A stretch of 64,000 nucleotides of DNA, taken from positions 1,471,508 to 1,535,507 of the forward strand of contig CP070732.1 in the NCBI GenBank assembly GCA_020347565.1, given 5' to 3'. The notes below the pieces were generated by a model. It did not search any database and was not told where the DNA came from. It worked only from the letters and a program-made list of their open reading frames with translations. The stretch is from Methanobacteriota archaeon (GTDB lineage: Archaea > Thermoplasmatota > Thermoplasmata > UBA10834). A program made the position numbers and the translations under genes. This document shows, one piece after another, positions 25,964 to 35,352 of the stretch. How positions within the stretch are numbered: position 1 is the stretch's first letter; every line of letters starts with the position of its first letter.

Positions 25964-26491
25964 ATGGATAGGAAGATAATCGGTATCATGCTGGCGCTGG
26001 TCGTAGTCGCGATCGTCGTCGTGGGGGTCGTGGCCGTCGCCACGGTCGGGATGAAGAAGAGCGGTGGATTCTCCAAGCTGTTCGACGACCTCGAGTACTC
26101 GGGCGACCTGACATACCGCCAGGAGCTTGAGATACCGGACGACTGGAATCCAGGGGACGTCAAGCGCGTCAGTGACACGATAGTCGACATGCACTACTAC
26201 GTGCACTCGGTCCCGATGACAGTGTACGTCACGACCCTGTACTTCGTGTACCTGGGCGAAGAATGGAATAGCCCGGCCGAGGGAACGAGGTTCTATGTTC
26301 CGGTCGAATGGAGCCTGGGCGAGCTGGATTGGATTCAGGTGAACCACGGCGTGTTCTCTATCCAGGTGTCATCTGCGACGAATCTGTCAGCCGCCTATGA
26401 CGTCGGCGACGTGATCAAGCTCCAGACGACCATAGTGGACGCAGCTGGCACGCTGGCCTTCGGCGAGTGGCAGATCGCCGACACGCTCTGA
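25964..26491 (+). CDS. Small N-terminally anchored extracellular protein (hypothetical)
   Basis: Met53 of the track ORF starts MDRKIIGIMLALVVVAIVVVGVVAVATVG (signal anchor), with GAGGAGAGTGAGG just upstream. The remainder is beta-rich. No family recognised. Confidence 0.5.
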   Translation: MDRKIIGIMLALVVVAIVVVGVVAVATVGMKKSGGFSKLFDDLEYSGDLTYRQELEIPDDWNPGDVKRVSDTIVDMHYYVHSVPMTVYVTTLYFVYLGEEWNSPAEGTRFYVPVEWSLGELDWIQVNHGVFSIQVSSATNLSAAYDVGDVIKLQTTIVDAAGTLAFGEWQIADTL

Positions 26492-26809
26492 GCGCGTGGG
26501 GCGAATCGGAATCGGCGCGTTCGGTCTGGCCACCGTGCGGCCTTCGACCTAACGACACCTGAGCCGGCGGGATGGCTGCACTCCCTGTACTAAAGCGCTT
26601 CGGTCCACGCCGTGCGAGGGCAAGCCCGGTTACGGGAAAGAAATATAGCCTTCAGCGCTCGATAGTCCTGTCTGGCGACACGGAGCGTCAACGCCTACGA
26701 CACGAGAAGAACCGATGGACGCCTCTCATCATGAGATCAGCGAAAGGTGGCCGCCGAGCGAGCGGAGCCTTCGTCGTATGATTGCCCCCGCGTGAGAGAG
26801 GGATAGGTC

Positions 26810-29218
26810 TTGCGGAGAAGCAACATAGAGAACGGCCAAGGCTCCGAACCCCCGGTCGGCTCCAGAGGATTCACCAACGGCCTGAGGGAATCGAAGCTCG
26901 ACCCGAGGCGCGACCAGGGCGCGAGGCGCTCGAGCGGGAGAGCCGACAGCCTCACGAACGGTCTGACCAACGGGCGGACGAACGGCGTCGTCAACGGGTT
27001 CGTAAACGGCCTCACGAACGGCCTCACCAACGGTTCTGGCCAAACGAACGGCCTGCGCGTGTCGTTCCAGCACCGCAGAGTCGTAGTGTCGTTCGCGTCG
27101 GTGAGGACTAGGGTCGCGGTCGTCGCCGTCCTGTGCATCCTGATCCTGTCGCTTCCGTACGCGCTTGTGTACACATTCCCACCGGACGAAGTGGAGGTCG
27201 ACGGCTACTTCCTCGATTGGCTGGATGCCCAGATATTCAAGGATTCGCCCGACGCGCTCAACCCCGACGTCGCGATAGCAGAGTACGCGATGAAGGCCGG
27301 CTCAAGCGAGTCATACTTCTACATCCGGACGGCCGGCGAGGTCCTCCATGGGGCGGGCGGAGGCGTCGATGGCTTCTATGTGTTCATCGACATCGACGGG
27401 TCCCCGTCGACGGGGTATGCGCTTAGGGGCCTTGGAGCCGACTCGCTCGTCGTCGTCGTCGGCTGGAACAACTCCGTCAGGCTGAGCGAGTTATACGTCT
27501 ACGACGACCGTTCGGGAGGAGAGGACTATGCCGGCTTCCTCCTGTCCGGCGTACCGCTCGTGGGGCACAGGGGCGACAGGATGGAGATCGGCGCGGACAT
27601 CGCCCTTGACCTTCAGTCCAGGGCTGCCCTGTGCACCCGCCATACGAACGCTTCTGAGGACTGGAGCGAGGTGAACTTCGGCGTCGAGGGCCCCGCTGTG
27701 AGGGTCGCTGAAGCCCACCCTGCGGCTCCAGTCACGCTGGGCAACACGGACGAGCTGATGCTCTCTCTGAGACTCACTGTGAAGGGGCCCTCAGTAGCAC
27801 TCGAAGGGCTGAGGTTCGAGGCGCTGGGAAACGCCACGGCGTCCGAGTTGGAAGCCGTCGAGTCATGCCGCTCACTGGGCGTCGGAAGCGCGGACCTGAT
27901 CGAGTTCGATGACCAGCTTGTCCTGCACGAGGGGCGAGCAGCCACCATCGATATACTGGCGTCGTTCTCTTCGAACCATGTCGGAGACACGTACGGCCTT
28001 CGCCTGGACAGAGCTTTCGGCCTCCTAGTCGACGGGGACGTGTTCGTCACGTTCGACGCCGTCTCCGCGGGGTCGCTGGTCGTGCACATAGCCTCCGTCT
28101 CGGAAGGCGTGGTGATCGATGGCGGATTCGCCGATTGGCATGTCGTGCCGAGAAAGCCCGATTGGGTAGGCGACGTCGTCTCGCCCGCTAATGAGACCCT
28201 GACCAACAGCGACGTCGACATCACGGCCACCAGTGCGACGTCCGAGGGCGAGCGTGCGTACTTCTACATGGCCGTGGACGGAACGATGCTTGCGGGGTCG
28301 AACGTCCCAGGGGAGTTGAGGCGCTGGACAGACGACGCGCCCGTGCCTGGCGACGGCATTCCCGGCGGCGAGCCGCAGGCGAAGCTGGGAGCGAACTTCG
28401 CATACATCTTCTTGGACACCGACTACGACCATGGGACGGGGTACTCCATCGGAGGCGCCGAAGCGGCCATCGTCATCGTCGGGAAGGAGAACAGGATACT
28501 GTCCTCCAGGGCGTACGAGTACGTCGGCGACGAATGGTACGATGTCGGTGAAGTATCTGCCGCTGTCGACGGCTACCAGCTCGAGACAGGCGCCGACCTG
28601 GGAGTGCTTGGCCTCTCCCCGGACAGCGACTATGCCGCGGTGTTCCTGTCACAGGATTGGCGCGGATGCGAGGACAGCGCTGTATCGTTCTTGCTCTCTG
28701 AGAGCATGCACGGCATCAGGGAGTTCGGAGGAGTGATAATCAACGAGGTCTTCTCCTCCGTGCCCGGGCAACCAGATGACTGGTTCGAGCTCTACAACAC
28801 CGGCACCGAGACCGTAGACATCGGTGGCTGGGAGATGTGGGTCAACGATGTGCTGCGATACACCTTCCCGGAGGGGACGACGATCGACCCTGGCGAGATC
28901 CTTCTCGTCTCGAACATCGACATCGGAAGAGCCACCAGCTTCGTCCTGATCGACGATTCCAGCCCATCGGTCATCGTCGACAGCATCATGCTTCCGTTCT
29001 GGAAGGCGGAGACCTACGGTCGCACGGGCACTCCGGCAGATGAGTACAGCACTTGGGACTGGATGGACCCCACCCCGGGGGACATCAACATCGGTCAGGT
29101 ACCGATTCCCGAGTTCGGAAGCGTCGTCTTGCCCGTAGCGGCAATCACTATTATGTTCCTCGTCGTTACACAGAGAAGACGAAGGGCGGGGAAGAGGCGA
29201 TCGACGGATTCGGAGTAA
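26810..29218 (+). CDS. Large cell-surface protein: N-terminal xNGx repeats, TM, lamin-tail domain, PEF-CTERM-like sorting signal
   Basis: TTG start. Residues 48-82 are LTNGLTNGRTNGVVNGFVNGLTNGLTNGSGQTNGL, with a TM at ~100-120. The LTD motif is VIINEVFSSVPGQPDDWFELYNTGTETVDIGGWEMW..PGEILLVSN. The C-terminus is PEFGSVVLPVAAITIMFLVVTQRRRRAGKRR. Confidence 0.7.
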   Translation: MRRSNIENGQGSEPPVGSRGFTNGLRESKLDPRRDQGARRSSGRADSLTNGLTNGRTNGVVNGFVNGLTNGLTNGSGQTNGLRVSFQHRRVVVSFASVRTRVAVVAVLCILILSLPYALVYTFPPDEVEVDGYFLDWLDAQIFKDSPDALNPDVAIAEYAMKAGSSESYFYIRTAGEVLHGAGGGVDGFYVFIDIDGSPSTGYALRGLGADSLVVVVGWNNSVRLSELYVYDDRSGGEDYAGFLLSGVPLVGHRGDRMEIGADIALDLQSRAALCTRHTNASEDWSEVNFGVEGPAVRVAEAHPAAPVTLGNTDELMLSLRLTVKGPSVALEGLRFEALGNATASELEAVESCRSLGVGSADLIEFDDQLVLHEGRAATIDILASFSSNHVGDTYGLRLDRAFGLLVDGDVFVTFDAVSAGSLVVHIASVSEGVVIDGGFADWHVVPRKPDWVGDVVSPANETLTNSDVDITATSATSEGERAYFYMAVDGTMLAGSNVPGELRRWTDDAPVPGDGIPGGEPQAKLGANFAYIFLDTDYDHGTGYSIGGAEAAIVIVGKENRILSSRAYEYVGDEWYDVGEVSAAVDGYQLETGADLGVLGLSPDSDYAAVFLSQDWRGCEDSAVSFLLSESMHGIREFGGVIINEVFSSVPGQPDDWFELYNTGTETVDIGGWEMWVNDVLRYTFPEGTTIDPGEILLVSNIDIGRATSFVLIDDSSPSVIVDSIMLPFWKAETYGRTGTPADEYSTWDWMDPTPGDINIGQVPIPEFGSVVLPVAAITIMFLVVTQRRRRAGKRRSTDSE
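26951..27055 (+). repeat. 12-nt periodic tandem repeat (ACGAACGGNCTC-like) encoding (T/V)NG(L/R/V/F) tetrapeptides
   Basis: Nearly nine consecutive imperfect 12-nt units are read directly in ctcacgaacggtctgaccaacgggcggacgaacggcgtcgtcaacgggttcgtaaacggcctcacgaacggcctcaccaacggt...acgaacggcctg. Confidence 0.7.
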
Positions 29219-29232
29219 CGAGGTTGGACGGA

Positions 29233-31329
29233 ATGACTGTCACTGGTGAGGAGAGGCCTGAGGCCATGGCAGATGCGGACGGGATGTCGCTCACGAGGCT
29301 GTTCAGACCGATCAGCGATCGTGCGGAGTCAGTACGACCGTTCGTGCCGTGGATAGGCGGTCCGAGGTTGTATGCGCTGGTGCTGTATGCAGCCGTGGTT
29401 ATCGGCGCGGGAATCGAGTTCTTCGCGAGCTGGGAAACGTGGTACGGCAACTGGGAGGTGTACAACACCTACCTGTTCGCCGTGTCCGGGCTGTTCCTCA
29501 TCCTGGGTCTTCTGATGCTGCTCCTTGACACCCAGCGGGTGGCGGTCAGTAAGCCCGGTTGGATACGGCTGCCGCTGCCCAGGACGTTCGTGGGCGAGAC
29601 AGGTCTGGTGCTGTTGGTCGCGAGCCTGGCGGGGCTTGCGGCTTCGGGCCCGTCTGTCGGCGGCTGGGCCGTGGTCATGAGCGTGCTCGTCGTCCTGGGC
29701 TTCCTGTTGATGGTGATCGCGTCAAAGGCGATTGATGACACCGACAGCGTCTATTTGATGCTCTACGGCCTGGGCATGGTGCTGCTCATGCTCGTGCCCG
29801 TGCTTGAGGCCTACGACGTCGTTCAGAGCGGCCAGTACGAGTACCCGTTCTCGGCGGTCAACCTGCCACTGATGATCGTCGGCGTGGCGTTTGCCATCAT
29901 CGCCCTGAAGCTCATGAGGACCCGGGACGGCCTCTTCGGGGCCTGGCTCCTGGGCGCGATGAGCATATTCCTGGTGACGTTCCACGAGCAGGTGGGCATC
30001 CTGCCCAGCGGAGGAATAGACCAGTACGACAGGACGCTCGCGGCGATAGGAATAATCTTCTCGCTCGTGCCGTTGACGATGTACCTGGCCCGCGAGATGG
30101 TCTACAGTTCCATCTGGACGCGCCTCAAGAGGGCCAACGTCGCGGTGCGGAAGGGCAAGTTCGCGTTCGCCCTAGAGCAGGCGGACGACGCGCTGGAAAT
30201 CTCGTTCGAAGCTGGCATCGCGAGGCGGTTCGCCCTCCCCTGGAGCCTGAAGGGAGACGCCCTGTACGGCCTCAAGGAGCATGCACGGGCGAAGACGCAC
30301 TACGACATCGCTCTCGAGATCGACCCGGGCGACTCAACGTCGTGGTGCCAGATCGGCAACATATATGCATTCGATGCGAAGCGCGCGCTGGCGCTGAGCG
30401 CCTATGACCGCGCGCTCAGGATCGACGAGAGGAACGGGTACGCCTGGAACAACAAGGGTGTCATCTACTCGTCTCTCGCTTGGCCCGAGGAAGCGCTCGT
30501 GTGCTTCAACAAAGCGATGGTCCTGATGCCCGGCAACTTCGACGCCCACATCAACATGGCGAGGATGACCTCTCGACTGGGCCGGCATGACGAGGCGGTG
30601 ATGCATTACAGGGATGCCCTAGCGATCAGGCCCGGAAGCTCTGTCGCTGTGAGAGGCCTCCAGAGGGAGTTCATCCGGGGCCAGAGGATTGACCAGATAC
30701 GTGGCTGGGAGCAGATGGGCCTCGACGCCACATACCTGTGGCGGCTGCTGAGGGAAGACCCGGCGAACTTTGAGAAGAAGACGAAGGAGTTCCTGTCGAG
30801 CATCGTCGAGCAGAAGACGCAGCTCACGATCGCGGCTGGAAAGGAGAAGTTCAACGTCAACGAGGCGATAAAGACGATCCTCAGGGTTACCGAGCAGTCA
30901 GGCGCGACACTCGACAAGATCGAGAAGGAGACGGGCTTCCCGAAGGACATACTCATACTGCCGATGGCTTTGCTGATGAAGACGGACCGCCTGCACTTCA
31001 GTCAGTTCGGCGGCAAGGACATATTCGTCTCCAGGGGCAAGGCGCCTGAAGAGCCGGTCATCGAGCCCACGAAGCATCTGGAGGAGCCGGCGCCGGCAGA
31101 GGCTGAGCCCGCAGGAGCGACTGCGGAAGAGCCGGGCGAGGAGGCCGAGCAGGAGCCTGCCGAGAAGCCCCGGGAAGGCGGAGAGGCCGTGTCCGAGAGG
31201 GCGCCGGGACGTCGGAAGGCTAAGCGAAAGGATGAGGACGTGGAGCCGACCGCCTCCGTCCTGGTGTTCTCGGGAAGGCCGAGGAAGCGGGAGCGCAGGG
31301 ACAAGGGCAGGAAGAGACGTAAGAAGTGA
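29233..31329 (+). CDS. Polytopic membrane protein with cytoplasmic TPR repeats and a charged Lys/Arg/Glu tail
   Basis: Start at Met61 of the track ORF (the first 60 codons overlap the preceding gene). It has ~8 hydrophobic helices, then TPR units (GDALYGLKEHARAKTHYDIALEIDP.., AYDRALRIDERNGYAWNNKG.., FNKAMVLMPGNFDAH.., HYRDALAIRPG), and the tail ..RKAKRKDEDVE..RPRKRERRDKGRKRRKK. Confidence 0.7.
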   Translation: MTVTGEERPEAMADADGMSLTRLFRPISDRAESVRPFVPWIGGPRLYALVLYAAVVIGAGIEFFASWETWYGNWEVYNTYLFAVSGLFLILGLLMLLLDTQRVAVSKPGWIRLPLPRTFVGETGLVLLVASLAGLAASGPSVGGWAVVMSVLVVLGFLLMVIASKAIDDTDSVYLMLYGLGMVLLMLVPVLEAYDVVQSGQYEYPFSAVNLPLMIVGVAFAIIALKLMRTRDGLFGAWLLGAMSIFLVTFHEQVGILPSGGIDQYDRTLAAIGIIFSLVPLTMYLAREMVYSSIWTRLKRANVAVRKGKFAFALEQADDALEISFEAGIARRFALPWSLKGDALYGLKEHARAKTHYDIALEIDPGDSTSWCQIGNIYAFDAKRALALSAYDRALRIDERNGYAWNNKGVIYSSLAWPEEALVCFNKAMVLMPGNFDAHINMARMTSRLGRHDEAVMHYRDALAIRPGSSVAVRGLQREFIRGQRIDQIRGWEQMGLDATYLWRLLREDPANFEKKTKEFLSSIVEQKTQLTIAAGKEKFNVNEAIKTILRVTEQSGATLDKIEKETGFPKDILILPMALLMKTDRLHFSQFGGKDIFVSRGKAPEEPVIEPTKHLEEPAPAEAEPAGATAEEPGEEAEQEPAEKPREGGEAVSERAPGRRKAKRKDEDVEPTASVLVFSGRPRKRERRDKGRKRRKK

Positions 31330-31360
31330 GGCCTCCGTACCCCACGGACGGACGGCGCGG

Positions 31361-32224
31361 CTAGCGTATCTCGACCTTCTTCCTGTCGAGCAGCATCTGG
31401 AGGGCCTCCTCTGCGGCCTTGTCCTTCTTCTCCTCGTCGTCCAGAGCCTTGCGTGTGGCCTCGTTGACCTCCCGAACGGACCTCTCCTCTTCGAGCCTCT
31501 TCGCGCGCCGCTCCTTCCTTATCTCGATGATCGTGTCGCGCATCTCCGCGGCTCTGTTGTGGGCGGCGTCGGCCTCCTCCTTCAGCTTGACGAAGTCAGC
31601 ATGCTTCTTGTCAGCGGCGGCCTTCAGCCCGGCCACCTCCTTCATGACGGCGGTGACCCGGTCGTGGAAAGTCTGGCTCTCGTCCGATAGCCGCACGACC
31701 TCTTCGTGCTCCCTGTCCGCTTGCCTGAACAATTCGTCGATGCTCTGGTCGATGCTCCGTATCTCTTTCGCTATCTTCTCCTGCTCCGACAGTATGACCC
31801 TGATCTTCTCGAGGTCCTCCCTCTTGGCTTTGAGGTCGTCCAGCAGCTCCCTTTCCTTGGGTATGGTCATCGGCACCGTCTGCTGCTTCAGGTCGAGCTC
31901 TTCGATCTCCCTCGATGTGTTCCTGATCTCCTCGTTGAGGTCACCCAGGGGCCTGCCCTTGAGCTTGCGCTTGAACTCTATCAGCTCCTTCGCCTTACCC
32001 TGGAGCTCGTCCCTGCGCTGCTTGTGGACGCGCATCTCGGCGACCAGCGCGTCCCTCTTGTCCCTCTCCCCTCTGACCTGCTCCTGGAGCGCCCTCTTCT
32101 GATCGTTCAGTGTGTCCCGCTCGGACCTGAGGACGTTAGCCTGCGAGTTGATATCGTCGCGTTTGTTGAGAAGCGCTCTGAACTTCTCCTCGGCGCTTCG
32201 GAGGTCGCTTATCTTCTTGGGCAT
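31361..32224 (-). CDS. Archaeal coiled-coil protein (COG1340-like)
   Basis: 287 aa, almost entirely heptad-like charged sequence (E/K/R/D/L), with no TM or enzymatic motifs. Confidence 0.55.
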   Translation of the reverse strand: MPKKISDLRSAEEKFRALLNKRDDINSQANVLRSERDTLNDQKRALQEQVRGERDKRDALVAEMRVHKQRRDELQGKAKELIEFKRKLKGRPLGDLNEEIRNTSREIEELDLKQQTVPMTIPKERELLDDLKAKREDLEKIRVILSEQEKIAKEIRSIDQSIDELFRQADREHEEVVRLSDESQTFHDRVTAVMKEVAGLKAAADKKHADFVKLKEEADAAHNRAAEMRDTIIEIRKERRAKRLEEERSVREVNEATRKALDDEEKKDKAAEEALQMLLDRKKVEIR

Positions 32225-32309
32225 CTAATCAGCCAGGTCGTGATGTGCTCCCAGGGATTGGCCATGCAGGCTATAAGCGTTGCTGGTGCGGGAAAGCATT
32301 GTCGGGCCG

Positions 32310-33377
32310 TCAGCAGTCCATATCAGTCGTCATACCCAGGCCCGGTCTGCCGGAGACGCCTATGAGCCCGTCCTCGAACGTTAGTCCCGAGGAGGGGTCG
32401 TCGATCATCGAGAAGTGCGAGTCCAAATCGACGTACCGGACGTTATCGGAGCCGAGGGCGAAGTGCAGTCCCGCCGCGATGGACAGCTGTATCTCCCCCA
32501 TGCATCCTACCATGGTCGTCATACTGGCATCCTTCGCGATGCGGTCTATGGTTCTCGCGGGATGGATGCCTCCGCTCTTCATCAGCTTGATGTTGATTAT
32601 GTCAGCGGCCCCCTCCGCGGCGACCCTCTCGGCGTCCGCTATGGTCCGCAGGCACTCGTCCGCCATAATCGGCACGGGGCTGCGCTCCCTGACCGCCTTC
32701 AGTCCCGCATAGTCATCGGCGTCGACCGGCTGCTCGACAAGCGCCACCCCCAGCGTATCCATCTCCTCGCAGAACCGTATTGCTTCGTCGACGTCGTAAC
32801 CCTGGTTCGCGTCGACCCTGAGCTCCACGCCCGAGCCGACGGCTTCTCTGACGGCGGCAACACGGAGTAAGTCCTGCTCGATGTCCAACCCGACCTTGAG
32901 CTTCAGTGCCCTGAAGCCGTCCCTGCAGTTCGCGACGGCCCTCCTGACAGTCTCGTCGACGCCCTCAATCCCGACGGTCATGTCGGTCACCAGGCGCCCG
33001 TCGCCCCTCCCCCCGAGCGCCTCGTAGATCTGTACTCCACAACGCTTCCCCAGCAGGTCGTGGACTGCGATGTCTATCGCGGCCTTCGCAGCCGTGTTGC
33101 CAGGAGCGACGGAATCGAGCACGTCGTGGAGCGCCTCAAGGTCGTCCTCAGCGACGCCGCGTATTCGTCCTGCAGACGCGGTTAGGAATCGTTCGATGGT
33201 CTCCCTCGTCTCATGCGTGACGTCGCTGGGAGACGCGTTGCCCACGCCGAAGTCGTCGCCCGCGTCCACTCTCACAACGATGTTGTCCTCCACATCGCTC
33301 GCGCTGGTGGCGATGCGGAACACGTTGCGTCGCCTGATAGAGTAGCTTCTGAATCGCAGGTCGTCGATCAAGTTCAA
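32310..33377 (-). CDS. Enolase-superfamily dipeptide (L-Ala-D/L-Glu-type) epimerase
   Basis: FRALKLKVG, ELRVDANQGY, VALVEQP, PIMADE and DIINIKLMKSGG give the Lys/Asp/Glu/Asp/Lys pattern of the MLE/epimerase subgroup. The likely start TTG 33377 overlaps the upstream stop as TTGA (alternative TTG 33371); the track start 33455 adds a non-homologous Arg-rich leader. Confidence 0.75.
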   Translation of the reverse strand: MNLIDDLRFRSYSIRRRNVFRIATSASDVEDNIVVRVDAGDDFGVGNASPSDVTHETRETIERFLTASAGRIRGVAEDDLEALHDVLDSVAPGNTAAKAAIDIAVHDLLGKRCGVQIYEALGGRGDGRLVTDMTVGIEGVDETVRRAVANCRDGFRALKLKVGLDIEQDLLRVAAVREAVGSGVELRVDANQGYDVDEAIRFCEEMDTLGVALVEQPVDADDYAGLKAVRERSPVPIMADECLRTIADAERVAAEGAADIINIKLMKSGGIHPARTIDRIAKDASMTTMVGCMGEIQLSIAAGLHFALGSDNVRYVDLDSHFSMIDDPSSGLTFEDGLIGVSGRPGLGMTTDMDC

Positions 33378-34255
33378 CGCACCCCACCGTGGGGAAGTAG
33401 CTTGACGACGTTCATCCCCTTCCTGAGACCGATGCTCTCCGCCACGGGCGAGCACTTCGTTCTCAGCAGATACACGACCGGGCCGATGTCTGTTTCAGAC
33501 AGCGCCTCGTAGTTGGCCATCCCCTTCGCCACGACCAGGTCGGCCTTCCTAAGCCAGTCTCCGAAGTCGCCGTTGAGCGCATCGACGCCGATGCCGACAG
33601 CGAACCCGGGTGATTCGGCGATCTCGTCCACGATCTCCTCTATTCCGAGGCCTTCGATGTCCGCCATCGTGACATCCGTGAGTATGGGCTCGCCCTTCAC
33701 GACGAGCGTGATGCGCGTGCCGGGTCTGGCTATCTCCGTGAGCGCCAGCCGGTCGAGCACTATCTCCCCGCAGTTGTCTGCGAGATAGACAACGTGCTCT
33801 GCGTGCTCGAGCATCTCCCTCAGCGCTGGCGTGTCGTCGTGGCCGAGCCCCTCGGCCAGGAGTTCTCTGAACCTCCCCTCAAGAACCTCCGGGCTGTCGA
33901 ACTCCGTGCCTATGCCAAAGTCGAGGACATTGCCGACGACGGCGCAGAGCAGGGCCGCGCGCAGCCTGTCGTCCGAACTCTCGACGAACTCCTCGGCCTC
34001 TCGATACAGTGAGAGCACGACATCGTTGCTCCTCAGCTTCAGCTCCCTGTAGGGGTCCGCGTCGCCGAGGAGCCTGTACACCTCTCGGTGCACCTTCGTC
34101 GCGACGGACGCGGAACACGCCCCTGGCGCGAACAGCCCGCCCAGGATCCGTGTGGCCGCCGCGGTCGTCTCCACGGCCTTTCCGCCGCCCGCCTCCTCCG
34201 CCTCGAAGACCACTCTCCTTATGAGGCAGGGAACGCACTCAGGTCTCATCTCCAT
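33374..34255 (-). CDS. DUF89/ARMT1-like damage-control phosphatase family protein
   Basis: Start MEMRPECVPCLIRR (the CxxC start is typical of DUF89). Motifs are VVGNVLDFG, YLADNCGEIVLD and AKGMANYEAL. The track ORF begins 28 codons earlier. Confidence 0.65.
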   Translation of the reverse strand: MEMRPECVPCLIRRVVFEAEEAGGGKAVETTAAATRILGGLFAPGACSASVATKVHREVYRLLGDADPYRELKLRSNDVVLSLYREAEEFVESSDDRLRAALLCAVVGNVLDFGIGTEFDSPEVLEGRFRELLAEGLGHDDTPALREMLEHAEHVVYLADNCGEIVLDRLALTEIARPGTRITLVVKGEPILTDVTMADIEGLGIEEIVDEIAESPGFAVGIGVDALNGDFGDWLRKADLVVAKGMANYEALSETDIGPVVYLLRTKCSPVAESIGLRKGMNVVKLLPHGGVR

Positions 34256-34391
34256 GGCGAGCGAGGAATCTTGCTCATATGATATAACACATCTGCAGGG
34301 GACGCGCACACGGCATAATTCATATCGACGTTGTACCATGTTCCCTGGCGCGCAGATGGCGTCGACGTGCCCTTGGGGGAAGGAGCCGTAA

Positions 34392-35351
34392 ATGGCCGTA
34401 GTTGTCCGTCAGATGAAGGTTGAGGACTTGGAGGACGTCCGAAGGGTGGACCTGTTGGCGTGGGACGACCTCGTCAGGAGGATCTATCCAGAGATTCCCA
34501 AGACGACGTCGAGGACGGATGCCAACATACTGTCGTACCTTCACACGGATGGCGACGGCGCCGTCGTGGCCGTGGACGAGCGTGCGGGAATCGTGGGCTC
34601 CAGCTTCTCGCACATCTGGGGCAAGACCGGCTGGGTGGGGCCGCTCTCGGTTCTTCCTTCGTACCAGGGGATGGGCGTCGGCAAGATGTTGTTGAAGTCC
34701 TCCCTGAGGTATCTCGAGGACAGGGGATGTGCAGACATAGGCCTCGAAACCTTGCCCGAGCAGGCGTCTACCTTAGGCCTGTACCTTCGCGTGGGCCTCC
34801 GGCCCGAAGGGCTCGTGGTTGTGCTGGGAAGGAGCCTCGAAGGACACAAGCCGTCGCCCGCGTCCGCAGCCGTCTCGATTGAACGGTTCACGGACGCGAG
34901 GTCGAAGGACCTGCTTCTCGCCCGCGCGAAGGAGATATCCAATTCGCTCCATCCAGGGCTGGACTTCTCAGTAGAGGTCGGAGTGGCCGACAAGTTCTCC
35001 TTCGGCGACACGCTCTTCGCGAAGTACGACGGCAAGGCCTGCGGCTTCTGCGCCCTCCACACGGTCATGAGGAGGGCGGACATGTCGGGGGCCGCTGTGA
35101 GATGCATCGGAGTACGGCCGGGCTACGGCGAGATAGTGCTCGAGCCCCTGCTGTCGTCCGCCGAGGACTTAGCTGCCGAGGCGGGCTGCCCCGAGATACT
35201 CGTTGCCGTCCCTGCCAACAGGCGGAGGGCAACGGATTCTATCCTGTCGAGAGGCTACTCGGTGACGCAGACGCTTGAACGTATGATGTGGATGGGCAGC
35301 TCGGGGCTCGCTTCCGGCATGGGCGACAACCTGTGCTCGTGGAGCGGATGA
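34392..35351 (+). CDS. GNAT-family N-acetyltransferase (two-domain)
   Basis: VRQMKVEDLEDVRRV.. with acetyl-CoA motif A in YQGMGVGKMLLKSSLRYLEDRGC. At 319 aa there is room for a second GNAT-like lobe. Confidence 0.65.
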   Translation: MAVVVRQMKVEDLEDVRRVDLLAWDDLVRRIYPEIPKTTSRTDANILSYLHTDGDGAVVAVDERAGIVGSSFSHIWGKTGWVGPLSVLPSYQGMGVGKMLLKSSLRYLEDRGCADIGLETLPEQASTLGLYLRVGLRPEGLVVVLGRSLEGHKPSPASAAVSIERFTDARSKDLLLARAKEISNSLHPGLDFSVEVGVADKFSFGDTLFAKYDGKACGFCALHTVMRRADMSGAAVRCIGVRPGYGEIVLEPLLSSAEDLAAEAGCPEILVAVPANRRRATDSILSRGYSVTQTLERMMWMGSSGLASGMGDNLCSWSG

Positions 35352-35352
35352 G

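Noticed and set aside
29233-31329. Possibility that the polytopic TPR membrane protein immediately downstream of the PEF-CTERM protein is its archaeosortase
   Set aside because: Archaeosortases/exosortases need a catalytic Cys (plus Arg/His) in the membrane domain. I find no Cys at all in the ~330-aa membrane portion, and the length and TPR architecture do not fit the EpsH family.
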